A stretch of DNA of 63,822 nucleotides, filler included, from Octopus bimaculoides (GCF_001194135.2; 7 parts of 6 records of this genome joined end to end with filler, not necessarily neighbours in it); one strand, 5' to 3'; counted from the whole stretch's first letter, positions 11,931-23,966 are shown. Notes: a model not told the origin generated them from the sequence alone. Numbers and translations: made by a program.

Positions 11931-12144
11931 GGGAGAGAGGGAGAGGGAGAGAGAGAGAGAACAGGAATGAAGATAGAAACAGGTGCACTGCTGCAAAGGA
12001 AATACTTGACCACAAAAGTGAGATGGCAAAAGCAGAGTGGGTGGGGAAGGAAGGAAGGAGTTTTTATTCCCTCAGGGGCCAGTACAAGCACCGTCTACCC
12101 CCTTCCCCCCAGAATAATTTGACAATCTGTTTCATCAAGCTCAG

Positions 12145-12290
12145 CAACTCTTTACACTCTAAGTTCAAATGCTTTGGAGATCAATAATGCATTCCATCCT
12201 TTATGGGTTAAAACCATGTACCAATCAAAAACACTGAGGTTGATTACATCGACTCCTCCACCCTTCCTACCCTCATAATAATTTGAAGCC
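12145..12290 (+). mobile_element. SINE family A, degenerate
   Basis: ctctaagttcaaatgc...tgcattccatcctttatggg...gtaccaatc...gttgattacatcgact aligns to the 15064-15297 copy. Confidence 0.55.
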
Positions 12291-12342
12291 TTCTGTTCCT
12301 GTTTAAAATTATTTCATACCATATCTACACTACTACCATCAC

Positions 12343-12750
12343 CAGTGCTGGATTAATCATTAAGCAAAATAAGCACGTGCTTAGGGCATCAAGGGAAGGA
12401 GGAGGGGCACCACAGAAATGGTAAATGGTTTACGGCACAAACGAAATCACTTTAAACTTGCTAAAATAATATTCGGGATGCCTTTATTTCTACTAAATAT
12501 AGATGCAGATGTGTTACGTAAGATTAATTCTAAGGATCTGATCAAAGACTTAGCAATTCAAAAAAGTAGGAAGAAACTTTTTGAAATATAAATTCAGTGG
12601 AAGTAGACAAAAATAAACATTATTTTCCCTCTTACTGTTTTGTTTCGTTTTGAAAAATAAAAATTGATTTTATGGTTTGTTATTGTTTATATTTTAAATT
12701 ACATAAACTTTTAAGTGCTTAGGGCCTCGATGGGACGTAATCCGGCCCTG
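12343..12750. mobile_element. hAT-type MITE, 408 bp
   Basis: TIRs CAGTGCTGGATTA and TAATCCGGCCCTG (11/13 match); 8-bp flanks accatcac (12335-12342) and gccgtcac (12751-12758) match 6/8 with transitions only; subterminal gtgcttagggc near both ends. Confidence 0.8.
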
Positions 12751-12977
12751 GCCGTCACAACAAGTTACCACTCGTAACACCATCACTGTTACTGCAACCT
12801 CGTGTAACACTACTACAACTACCACTAGTACTATCACCACCACAACCAACTGTACTTTCAGAGTCACACTATGACCACCACCACTTTCACACCAAAACAA
12901 AAACAAACAAAATTTATATTTGAAAAGAAACAAGAACAGCAAGTTTACCAAATAAAAACAACAAACATAAAATAAAT

Positions 12978-13169
12978 AAATGATAATAAGCCCTTTTAGT
13001 GAAGGCAGGAAGCCTGGAATTGAATGGGGAGGAACCCCAATGTTCAAACGATCCCGAAAAATGAATAGCAAAGTCGACCTCGGCGGAATTTGAACTCAGA
13101 ACGCGAAGACGGACGAAATGCTGCGAACCATTTTGTCCGGCGTGCTAACGATTCTGTAAAGTGCCGCCT
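12978..13169 (-). mobile_element. tRNA-derived SINE family A
   Basis: aaagtcgacctcggcggaatttgaactcagaacg...ccggcgtgctaacgattctg is the reverse complement of the family A head (B-box gttcaaattcc). Confidence 0.85.
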
Positions 13170-13206
13170 AAAGTATAACACAAATAATAAAGATAATAAA
13201 GGATAC

Positions 13207-13372
13207 TTTTTGGAGTATTCCAGGTAATGTCTGTGATGGTTCCAGTGTCTTCGGCAGATTTATTCCACTGTTTGGTCAGTTGTACCGATAATTTACTGCT
13301 ATTCGGATCAGTCTTCTCTTTCAGTTGAGGAATGTCCCAAAGAAGGACACTTTCAGCCGACGACGCCAACAT
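13207..13372 (-). CDS. Candidate first coding exon of a WD40-repeat protein, NEDD1/GCP-WD-like N-terminus (tentative)
   Basis: Unique, non-repetitive stop-free frame MLASSAESVLLWDIPQLKEKTDPNSSKLSVQLTKQWNKSAEDTGTITDITWNTPK ending at a phase-1 GT (aaaa|GTATCC, 13206); ASS..LLWD and ITDITWN resemble WD40 strands and my recollection of the NEDD1 start (FASSGDDIKIWD...GISSICWS); no later exons found. Confidence 0.5.
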
Positions 13373-13740
13373 CACTGAATGAACACCACAACTTCACCTT
13401 CTTCGACGTTGAAAGTTTGCCGCCGCCAATAAAATCGAACGTGAAATCCTTTCTTTCAGGGCGTATTTGCAGTCGTTCGATACTCGAAACCCTACTTGTA
13501 TGTAATTAGATCAGGTAACTAATTAATTAGTGAAATAAACAAGACACGATCACCAAAATATTGCGAAATATTCGGGGGAAAAGTCTCGAAACCTCCGAGA
13601 CTGGAAGGGATTTAAAAATGTCAGATTGTCTCATTTAAATCTCGCGGCAGCGCCCTCTTTCGACACATGTGACTAACAAGGGAGACGACTATCACAAACA
13701 GTAAAGAAAGTTAGGAGTTATCGCCCTTATAATTGCTAGC
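13373..13740 (-). promoter_or_regulatory. CpG-rich promoter/5'UTR-like region upstream of the candidate exon
   Basis: Visibly higher CpG density than the flanks, gccgccgcc at ~13419, TCTCGCGGCA at 13640-13649, no microsatellites. Confidence 0.4.
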
Positions 13741-14104
13741 TAAAACAACTAAACCAAAAAGAAAAAAAAAGAATGAATTTTATAGTGTCTTTATGTATTA
13801 GAGCGTCGGAAAAAGAAATCTCTTGCAGTATTTGTTCAGGTTCTTCACGTTCTAGGTTCAAATCTTGATGAGATAAGCTTATCTTTTTATCCGTCTGATG
13901 TCGATAAAAACTAAGGTCGATGTTTTTGATTAACACTTCTTTGCTCAAAACAGATGGCTTTGTGCATAAATTAAAAATTATTAGTCAGGCGGTAAGGGAG
14001 GGATTTTTTAAATTAGGCGGATAAGGGGGGGGCGGTTATTTAGGTAGCGAAAGAAATGCCTTTTATTTAGGTAGCAAAGGAATCTAAGAATATTCGAACC
14101 ACAA

Positions 14105-14372
14105 GAGCGGTTAGGGTACACGATAAAATGCCTCAGCTATTTCTGTTCTTTACTGCGTTCAGAATTTAAATTTCATCCACATCGAATTTACTTTTCATTC
14201 TTCTGGAACCAAGAACTGGAAAGATTTGTACCTGGAGCGTTGGTCAAAATATATACCTGAGGTCAACTTCGCCTTTTATTCTTTCAGGTCGATAAACTAA
14301 AGCACAGGTCAGGTACTGAGCTGCAGTTGAGTACTGAGGTCAAAGTAATCAACTGATCCTTCCTCGCCTAGA
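14105..14372 (+). mobile_element. SINE family A, degenerate/composite
   Basis: gcggttagggtacacgataaaatgcctcagctatttc...gaggtcaacttcgccttttattctttcaggtcgataaactaaagcac. Confidence 0.6.
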
Positions 14373-14378
14373 ATTACC

Positions 14379-14509
14379 GAGTTCAATCCCACTGCGTGGC
14401 ACCTTGGTCAAGTAACTTCTACTCTAGCCTCGGGCTGACTAAAGCCTTGAGAGTGGATTTGGTTGATGGAAACTGAAAGAAGCCTATCGAATATGTGTGG
14501 GTGGGGGGT

Positions 14510-14540
<31 letters not shown>

Positions 14541-14730
14541 CTTTGTACCCTACTACCACTTGACAACCGGTGTTGGTGTGATTCCATCCCCGTAACTTAG
14601 GAGTTCGGCAAAAGAGACCAATGGAATAGGCTTTATATAATAAGTAGTGGGGGTCGATTCATTCGACTAAAATATTCTAAGGCGGTGCCCCAGCATGGCC
14701 GCGGTCTAATGACTGAAACAAGTAAAAGAT
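14379..14730 (+). mobile_element. SINE family B, nearly complete reference copy
   Basis: B-box gagttcaatccc, CORE-like gcaccttggtcaagtaacttct, ggaaactgaaagaagcc, internal (GT)n at ~14510-14538, 3' body and tail aaggcggtgccccagcatggccgcggtctaatgactgaaacaagtaaaaga. Confidence 0.85.
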
Positions 14731-15063
14731 TAATCAGTTTGACGGAGCAAAGAATAATCGTTAGAGCATGGGACAATGTTGTCAGCTCTCTTCCCCTGTT
14801 GAGCTCATGTTCTCTGTCAATGAAATCAAGTACCTGTCATGCACTGGGGTCCATTACAGGTATTACACAAAAGTTTATTCACTTTGGAAGAAATTTTTCA
14901 CGATCACACTTTAAAGCGAAAAGAGGATTTGGTGGTGCTTTTGATCTTCTGTAGTTGGAACCTGACTTGAATAGCAAATCAGATGAAGGTCAGTGTGGAT
15001 GGCCACGGGGTAACATAAGAGGTGGTGGTCACATCACTTAAAGATGGCGACTGTATGATGAGT

Positions 15064-15297
15064 ATTTATTTCTTTATTGCCCACAGGGGGCTAAACATAA
15101 AGAAGACAAACAAGGACATACAAAGGGATTAAGTCGATTACATCGACCCCAGTGCGTAACTGGTACTTAATTTATGGACCCCGAAAGGAGGAAAGGCAAA
15201 GTCGACCTCGGCGGAAATTGAACTCAGAACGTAGCGGCAGACGAAACACCGCGAAGCCTTTCGCCCGGCGCGCTAACGACTGTGCCAGCTCGCCGCC
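15064..15297 (-). mobile_element. SINE family A, full-length copy
   Basis: Minus: ggcggcgagctggcacagtcgttagcgcgccgggcgaaagg...gttctgagttcaatttccgccgaggtcgactttgcctttc...ggggtcgatgtaatcgactt...gggcaataaagaaataaat. Confidence 0.9.
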
Positions 15298-16380
15298 CTC
15301 TGTATAATGAGCATTGTCCTATTTTACCCAACCACAACCAACAACAACATCAACAACAACATTCCTACCATCAACATCACCACCTCTACTACTACTACTA
15401 CTACTACTACTAAAGCTGCTGCTGCTGTCACAATACTGACCATGTCACATACCGCAACAATTTCAAAGTCATACCACCACCACATGTCAAAACTACTACA
15501 CCACCACATGTCAAAACTACTACACCAAAACTACGACCGCTTCCACCATCCCGCTGGCCGACATCATAATACCCACCGCCACCACCACCACGCTAAATAC
15601 CATCCATTCTACATACCATGAATATATCGTTAAATATACACATCGTGGTTAAATGATCTATTTAACAGGGATTTTCTTATGTTTTCGTTGCATACATACG
15701 TAAACACATACACACCAACATACACATACATACACACAAGCATATATATATATATATATATATATGTGTGTATGTGTGTATATGTGTATAGACACACACA
15801 CACGGACACACACATATATATATATATATACAGAAAGAGATAGATAGACACACAAATGCTTACATGCATACTCATATATGTATGTATATATGCATATAAT
15901 GTATATATGAGTGAATGTTTGTATGTATATAATGTATATATTAGTGAATGTTTGTGTGTATATATGTGTATTTATGTATTATATATATCCATACATCTTC
16001 CTCTCTCTCTCTCTCTCCTTCTCTCTATCTCTCTCACTGTCTATATCCATATCCATCTGTCTCTATATATACATACATACATAGGTACGTATATATGTGC
16101 AGTGTTTGCGTGTGTGTAATAGACACCTTTACTTCCATACACACACACACACACACTTACACAAGTTTCACCCTTCATACTCCCGCCCCGCCCCACCCCG
16201 CCCAATAGATTTACCATTTCCAGTAATGATATCAGGTGTTTAATTCGCCTCCTCCCCGTCTCCTCCTTTTGCCCCCACACCTTCCCTAAACACAGACCAA
16301 GGCCACAGTATTTGACCTTACATATCGCTTCCTGATTATCTCGACACCTTTCACCGGTTTTCTTTACACATGATGTGGCA

Positions 16381-16420
<40 letters not shown>

Positions 16421-16629
16421 AAGAGAGAAAGAAAGAGAGAGAGAGACAAAGAGAGATAGAGAATTGTGTGTGTGTGTGTGTGCGTGTGTGTGCGTGTGTG
16501 TGTGTGCGCGTGCATGTTGGTAGTGTTGTTCTGTTGCCTTGGTAATGTGTGATATTGTTGTCCGTGTTCGAAATTCCGTTGCATCTCGTATCTCGTTGTT
16601 GGTTTGAGTTCATATGAATGTTTATCATA

Positions 16630-16691
<62 letters not shown>

Positions 16692-16819
16692 ATAAACATA
16701 AACACGTACACGCACACATATTTATGAACATACATATGTGCGTATGTATATACATTGATGTATATACATACATACATACATACATACATACATACATACA
16801 TACATACATACACACTGTC

Positions 16820-17436
16820 CTATTATATCCCTTCGGCAACATCTTTTAACCGCCAAGTGTCGGAGTGCATCCCTTGACCAAGTTTGCAAACGTGAGGCTG
16901 ATAACATCATAAGACTTGGAAGGCAGCTCCTTGAACAACACTCTTTGTCTGATAACCTAGAATACATGACGAAAGAAGTCGCACGACTCCACCGCAACGA
17001 ATCATCGGATGAAAGGATGAGCCTATATGAGCAGAAGACTATTCATGGATACGTTAGTAGAAAGCTCCGTGATGATAGTAACGTTGGTCATCAAAGCGGT
17101 TTATCATGGACCAATAGCCAGATTACTACCTCCCACTTTGAAGGGTATGCGTTTGCAATCCAGGAACAGGAAATATCAACCAAATACCCGATACACAAAA
17201 GGGACAGAGATACACGAAAAGCTGTAAAATGTTTCAACCGATGCAGACTTTGTGGAGTTCACACCGAAGATATCAGCCACATCATAAGCAGTTGTCCGAA
17301 AATGTCATCATGGTATTATCTACCGATGAGACATGACGTTGTAGCTAGGACACTCCATAATGAAATCCGTCGGAATCATAATCCCAAGGACAAAGAAATA
17401 AGAAGCCACAATATGGTGGAAACCACATCGGTATAA
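16820..17436 (+). mobile_element. R4/Dong-clade non-LTR retrotransposon fragment (post-RT, CCHC knuckle)
   Basis: ORF 16945-17436 has HGY...EGYAFAIQEQEISTKY...CRLCGVHTEDISHIISSCP...RHDVVARTLH, the CCHC plus RHD signature of restriction-like-endonuclease LINEs. Confidence 0.9.
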
Positions 17437-17444
17437 ATATCCAT

Positions 17445-17467
17445 CCATCTATCTATCTATCTATCTG

Positions 17468-17526
<59 letters not shown>

Positions 17527-17560
17527 GTCTATCTATATATCTATCTGTCTATCTACATGT
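17445..17560. repeat. (CTAT)n microsatellite
   Basis: Direct inspection; similar arrays at 19085-19135, 20263-20425, 30273-30320, 46590-46712, 62460-62530. Confidence 0.95.
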
Positions 17561-18364
17561 CTATTTATATCGCTTTCTCTCTCTTCCTTGCTCTCTGTGT
17601 ACACACATACATTTCATGTGTGTGTGTGTATGTGTTTGTCCATCCATCCATCCATACATACATACATACATACATATTCTTTATATATGTGTTGATAGGA
17701 AATGGCTGTAATATAAAAAGTATCTAAAATTATGACAAAAGTGCCATTGTCTTTGGGCTTGTCCCTGATCACAATCCTTTCTTTATTCGTCAATGAAAGA
17801 ATGTTAATAAGTGCTGTGGACTGAACAGAGAGGTCACCGGTTCGTGTTCGCCAAACAGATCTGTTCTGTGTTCGTGGCCCAGACATGGCGATATCCTCTA
17901 AAAACTCTCATTACGTCACTTTATGAATATATTTTCTCAATGTTGTTGCATCAGACATTTTGCACTCGCAGGGTGGTGCACTGGATTAATGTGCAACATA
18001 ACAAGGACTAATGCAAAGAACGGTGGGTTGGTCGTGGGTGGGTGTTCTGTGGTTTCTACTTTTACTCCCAGAACCCCTTTGTAATAAAGCAAAGCAACGA
18101 GTGTCTTTCATTTCTAAAATATCACAGTTGGGACCAATACCTCAACTACGAACAGTTTTTGATCCCTTAGAAACATCACGTAGATCACCCATGATAGAGT
18201 ATCGATCCCAAATTGGGAATTGTACATACCTGTGAGGTATGCATTACTCGAGGCTGTGACATCTGCTAGTGTGCATTTCTTGAAATGTACATATTTGGGA
18301 TTCTTCAGTCTTTGAATGCTACGTGCATATGTAGGGTTGTCCCACCGACATGAACATCTCTTGA

Positions 18365-18870
18365 TGTTTCTCACTTACCTTCAAGATCATACGACCAGAG
18401 CAATATCCACAGTGTAATTCTGGGTAGATATCATTTGCAATGTGTTTGATGATCCTGTCAAGAATGAGTCGGGCAAGAATCTTACCAGTAATAGACAGAA
18501 GCGATATTCCATGATGATTATCACAGACACTTCTGTTTCCTTTGTTCTTATAAAGATGTTGAACTGAGGCATCCTCGAAGTCCTGTTGAACACAGCTACC
18601 TTTCAAATATTTATGAAGAGGTGACTGAGGTGGAGTTCGACACAGTTTCAAAGCGATCTTTCCATCGTTTCAGGATGTCAGATTTGTAACACCGTGCTCT
18701 TGAGGACCATAGATTTTTCTTGAGGCCATCATAAAAGGATTCTAAATCCTTTCTGTCTGCAGCTTCTTGGAGTTCAGTAGCCTTGGAAGACCACTAAGCC
18801 TCCTTCATCCGTTTCAGAACTTGTTGGTCTTAACATCCGCATTTCTTATAAGCATTCTCTTTTCTGGATG
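18365..18870 (-). mobile_element. RTE-clade LINE fragment (linker and start of RT)
   Basis: QDFEDASVQHLYKNKGNRSVCDNHHGISLLSITGKILARLILDRII...YPELHCG matches RTE RT domain 1; upstream frameshifted SSKATELQEAADRKD...YGP...ILKRWKDRF. Confidence 0.88.
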
Positions 18871-18986
18871 AGCTCTTAACATATATCCATGTTTATCCAC
18901 ACACACACACACACNNNNNNNNNNNNNGACAGGTGGTGTAGACAAAAAACAGATGTATTAGTTTAACGCTCGGAAAATGAAAAAGT

Positions 18987-19022
18987 CTTTAACGTTTCGA
19001 GCCTACGCTCTTCCACAGAAAG
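18987..19022 (-). ncRNA. Minimal type I hammerhead-like motif (core variant) in a PLE-type terminal repeat
   Basis: Minus: CTTT-CTGTGGA-A-GAGC gtag GCTC-GAAA-CG-TT-AAAG; helix I 4 bp, helix II 4 bp, palindromic aacgtt helix III, GUU triplet; core A6 replaced by U. Confidence 0.5.
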
Positions 19023-19087
19023 GAACACAGAAAGAAACAAGGAGATAAATATAGATATAAACATACATGCATATATAATACATACAA

Positions 19088-19134
<47 letters not shown>

Positions 19135-19210
19135 CACATACACTTCTTACATAAATATATATACATACACATCTATACATTTATTAATGCCACATTACGC
19201 ATATATCCTG

Positions 19211-19268
<58 letters not shown>

Positions 19269-19422
19269 GCACATACACACACACATACACTCACATACAT
19301 ACACACAAATATGTATATATATATATTATTGCTACACACATATAAATACACATCTGCTGATGTCATTTCTTATATCCGGCTTTCAGAATAATTCCTTTTA
19401 AGGTAATATTGATTTTTTTTTT

Positions 19423-19587
19423 CGTTTGTCTACGTTCTGAGTTCAAATTCCGCCGAGGTTGACTTTGCCTTTCATCCTTGCGGAGTCGATAAATTTAGTA
19501 CCAGTTGTGTACTGGCGTCGATTTAATCGACTGGCCCCCTTCCCAAACATTTCAGGCCTTGTGCCTAGAGTAGAAAAGAATATTATT
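19423..19587 (+). mobile_element. SINE family A, 5'-truncated
   Basis: tacgttctgagttcaaattccgccgaggttgactttgcctttcatcc...gcgtcgatttaatcgact...agtagaaaagaatattatt. Confidence 0.88.
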
Positions 19588-20261
19588 GATCTGTTTTGCT
19601 TGTTTCATGAAGAAATTTCTAGTGTGTTTGTGTATGTGTGCGCGTGTGTGTGTGTATGTGTGTGTGTGAATGTATGTATCTATATGATGTGTATGTATGT
19701 GTGTATGTGTGTGTATGTATGTATGCCATTGTTCAGTTTTATTTCAAGATTTCTTGCCAATAGAGAAAGAACCGGTTTCTAACCTAGATTCAAGGCTCCT
19801 TCATTAGAATTTCAACATCAATAACAGGGTATGTATGTATGCATGTATGTATATTCTGCTTTATGTGTGCATTCTCATGCATATACTTGCGTATCGAGAC
19901 ATGCTCATATATATTCAAATATGTATATATTGATGTCTCTGTAAATACACATAAAGACTACATACGTACAGGCACAGACTCACACTCACATATAGACATA
20001 AATATATCATGTATTTTTTAGTATGAGTGGGGGTAGGGGTCATAGCCATGTGTTGCACGATAAACCCATTAACGCGCCGTTAAAATGCCATTAAAATTGC
20101 CATATTGTCCATGACACCGTGGGACCAACACGAGTTCGTCTATAAACACTTCACATGACGACATAACCAATTATTTAAATCGTCTTCTCGGAGCATTGTA
20201 CGCACACATTCCCCTGCATCTTCCTTCACCCACTCCCTTTCTCTCACGCTCACACTCTCAC

Positions 20262-20327
<66 letters not shown>

Positions 20328-20358
20328 CATCTATCTATCTATCCATCTGTCTATATAT

Positions 20359-20418
<60 letters not shown>

Positions 20419-20598
20419 TTATCTATCATTCTATGCATATATATCAGTAAACATACATACGTGTATGTATATGTATATATATATATATAAATTTTATATG
20501 TATGAATATTGAGATATATATGTATGTATATAAACATACAGACAGATATAAAGACAGACACATTGATAGATATCTTTTCATACACATACACCTCTTAC

Positions 20599-20629
<31 letters not shown>

Positions 20630-21099
20630 NNNNNNNNNNNNNNNNNNNNNNNNNNNNNNNNNNNNNNNNNNNNNNNNNNNNNNNNNNNNNNNNNNNNNNN
20701 NNNNNNNNNNNNNNNNNNNNNNNNNNNNNNNNNNNNNNNNNNNNNNNNNNNNNNNNNNNNNNNNNNNNNNNNNNNNNNNNNNNNNNNNNNNNNNNNNNNN
20801 NNNNNNNNNNNNNNNNNNNNNNNNNNNNNNNNNNNNNNNNNNNNNNNNNNNNNNNNNNNNNNNNNNNNNNNNNNNNNNNNNNNNNNNNNNNNNNNNNNNN
20901 NNNNNNNNNNNNNNNNNNNNNNNNNNNNNNNNNNNNNNNNNNNNNNNNNNNNNNNNNNNNNNNNNNNNNNNNNNNNNNNNNNNNNNNNNNNNNNNNNNNN
21001 NNNNNNNNNNNNNNNNNNNNNNNNNNNNNNNNNNNNNNNNNNNNNNNNNNNNNNNNNNNNNNNNNNNNNNNNNNNNNNNNNNNNNNNNNNNNNNNNNNN

Positions 21100-21148
<49 letters not shown>

Positions 21149-22029
21149 ACACACACATATACATACACATCTGTTGATGTCATTTCTTATATCCTGCTTT
21201 CAGAATCATTCCTTTTAAGGTAATATTGTTGTTGATTTGTTTTGTTTATTTCGAGAAGAAATTTCTAGTGTGTCTGTATGTGTGTGTGTGTATGTGTGTG
21301 TGTGCATGTGTTTGTGTGTGTCTGTAATGATATATATAAATCCCATATATCAGCTTAATTCCCGTCCATCTGATAATCTCTTTTAATGCCTTAAACCAAT
21401 TTTCAAATAACTTAAAATTCATTAACAAAATAAAGTCGTCTCGCGATGAAAATATCGGGGAACATTATTAGTTTAATACTTATCCTTTTTCCTGTCTACA
21501 CGAATTTCTTTACAGAAGGTGCATTTTAGTTCTTCGCTTTTTGCCGTAAATCGAAGTCTGCAGAAAGCTGACCATACGCGTGGTATTCATTGTTCTTTCA
21601 GCAGATAACAATCTTTGGGGATTGATGGATTGGTGTTGGAAGAGCTAAATCTTACTTGAATTGATACTTTAAGGTTTGGAATGGCAGTAGATATAGTTCC
21701 TTTGTAGCGCGATATTTATTTGGGATAAATAACTGTGCAAAACGAGGAAGAGAAAATGAAAGGCGGAGAAGACTAGAAATGGAGAGGAAGGTAAACAAAA
21801 ACCTTCGAAGGTGACCGGGTGTCCACCAACCACCCCACACAAGCTTCACTTCAATAAATCTGTACATAAGATCTGGACAACTCCAACTTCCTCAATCATC
21901 CTTGCTGAAGGAATTCAAAATCGCGAAATGTACAGTTGTAATGATTTATAGGGACTCCCAGCATAGGAAGGTCAGGTGCGTATGTATCACCACAAGGGAA
22001 GGACGAAAGTGGTGACCGATTCCACAGTC

Positions 22030-22378
22030 ACAAAAATCAACGAGCCACAATCTCCGTTAGTTTGCTTTCATGGACACAAGCAACGATTTCTTTACCTAAT
22101 CGTTAATGGCGACGAAAAATGGTGCCTGTACATCAATATGAAGCAGCGTAAGGAATGGCTTAGCCCCGGTAAACAAGCGACACCGCGCGTGAAACAAGAT
22201 CTTCATCCGCGTAAAATGATGTTGTGTGCATGGTGGCACTGGGAAGGGATCATCCATTACGAATTGCTTGAACGGAACCAAACGGTCAAGGCGGAGCTCT
22301 ATGTTCAACAGATGGAACGACTCAACACGGCTATTCAAGAGAAAAGACCTAATCGGCAACTTGGAGTTCCTCTGCTGC
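22030..22378 (+). mobile_element. Mariner transposase fragment (cut by gap)
   Basis: RFLYLIVNGDEKWCLYINMKQRKEWLSPGKQATPRVKQDLHPRKMMLCAWWHWEGIIHYELLERNQTV; first catalytic D motif and LHPxKxML-W-W box. Confidence 0.93.
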
Positions 22379-23347
22379 NNNNNNNNNNNNNNNNNNNNNN
22401 NNNNNNNNNNNNNNNNNNNNNNNNNNNNNNNNNNNNNNNNNNNNNNNNNNNNNNNNNNNNNNNNNNNNNNNNNNNNNNNNNNNNNNNNNNNNNNNNNNNN
22501 NNNNNNNNNNNNNNNNNNNNNNNNNNNNNNNNNNNNNNNNNNNNNNNNNNNNNNNNNNNNNNNNNNNNNNNNNNNNNNNNNNNNNNNNNNNNNNNNNNNN
22601 NNNNNNNNNNNNNNNNNNNNNNNNNNNNNNNNNNNNNNNNNNNNNNNNNNNNNNNNNNNNNNNNNNNNNNNNNNNNNNNNNNNNNNNNNNNNNNNNNNNN
22701 NNNNNNNNNNNNNNNNNNNNNNNNNNNNNNNNNNNNNNNNNNNNNNNNNNNNNNNNNNNNNNNNNNNNNNNNNNNNNNNNNNNNNNNNNNNNNNNNNNNN
22801 NNNNNNNNNNNNNNNNNNNNNNNNNNNNNNNNNNNNNNNNNNNNNNNNNNNNNNNNNNNNNNNNNNNNNNNNNNNNNNNNNNNNNNNNNNNNNNNNNNNN
22901 NNNNNNNNNNNNNNNNNNNNNNNNNNNNNNNNNNNNNNNNNNNNNNNNNNNNNNNNNNNNNNNNNNNNNNNNNNNNNNNNNNNNNNNNNNNNNNNNNNNN
23001 NNNNNNNNNNNNNNNNNNNNNNNNNNNNNNNNNNNNNNNNNNNNNNNNNNNNNNNATATATATATATATATAAACATATACATAACTTATACATTGTTGT
23101 TTTACGGATACATAGAAATGTGTGTGTGAGTACATATTCATATACAAGCGCATACACACTCACATACACACACACACATACACACATTCAAAAACCTATA
23201 ATCTGTCTTACAAGCTGTACACCCCCGTGGCTACGAATCCGCTTCCCCCTTCTTTACTGGTTGGTCTGAGAAGTTATTATTAGAAGAAGTGAGCAAACAC
23301 GGATTAAGGGACTCCTTGACGACGTTCAGGCTGATATCTCTGTAAAT

Positions 23348-23498
23348 CTAAAGGGGCGCTGGTGGCGCTGGTGGCGCTGGTGGCGCTGGTGGCGCTGCAG
23401 TGGTTGCAGGAGGTGAAGAAGGTGCTGTGAAAACATATCTCCTTCCTTCAAACATTACACTGAGCCCATACTGTGGCAACTGCAATGGTTGATAAATA
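23348..23498 (-). CDS. Possible terminal exon with an Ala-Pro-Pro repeat, product unknown
   Basis: Acceptor tgtgtttcAG, frame IYQPLQLPQYGLSVMFEGRRYVFTAPSSPPATTAAPPAPPAPPAPPAPL*, 9-bp unit GCGCCACCA x4; no homology recognised. Confidence 0.25.
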
Positions 23499-23918
23499 CT
23501 GAAACACACGCACGCACACACACATGTACACACGCACCCACAAACACGCACACACACAAACTTACACACACAAACTTACACACACATATATATAGGTTCA
23601 CACATATACGCGCACATACATAGGCATATACATACATGCATGCATAGATGTATGCATGCATGTATGTATATATATATATGTATATATACATCATATACAC
23701 ACACATATATACATATATATATATTTATATATATGAATATTTATGTGTGTGTATGTGTGTGTATGCCATATCTATATAATTACATGACAGAAGGCTGAAA
23801 GATTTGGTTGGAAGCAGAGAATCAGAGATTAGNNNNNNNNNNNNNNNNNNNNNNNNNNNNNNNNNNNNNNNNNNNNNNNNNNNNNNNNNNNNNNNNNNNN
23901 NNATATATATATATATAT

Positions 23919-23966
<48 letters not shown>

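Noticed and set aside
15470-15535. 27-bp direct repeat ccaccacatgtcaaaactactacacca x2
   Set aside because: Simple slippage duplication in a low-complexity CAC/TAC region; no spacers, not CRISPR-like.
19765-19815. Minus-strand CTAATGA...GAAACCGGTTC hammerhead-like string
   Set aside because: Essential G5 is missing, helix II register is wrong and helix I does not pair.
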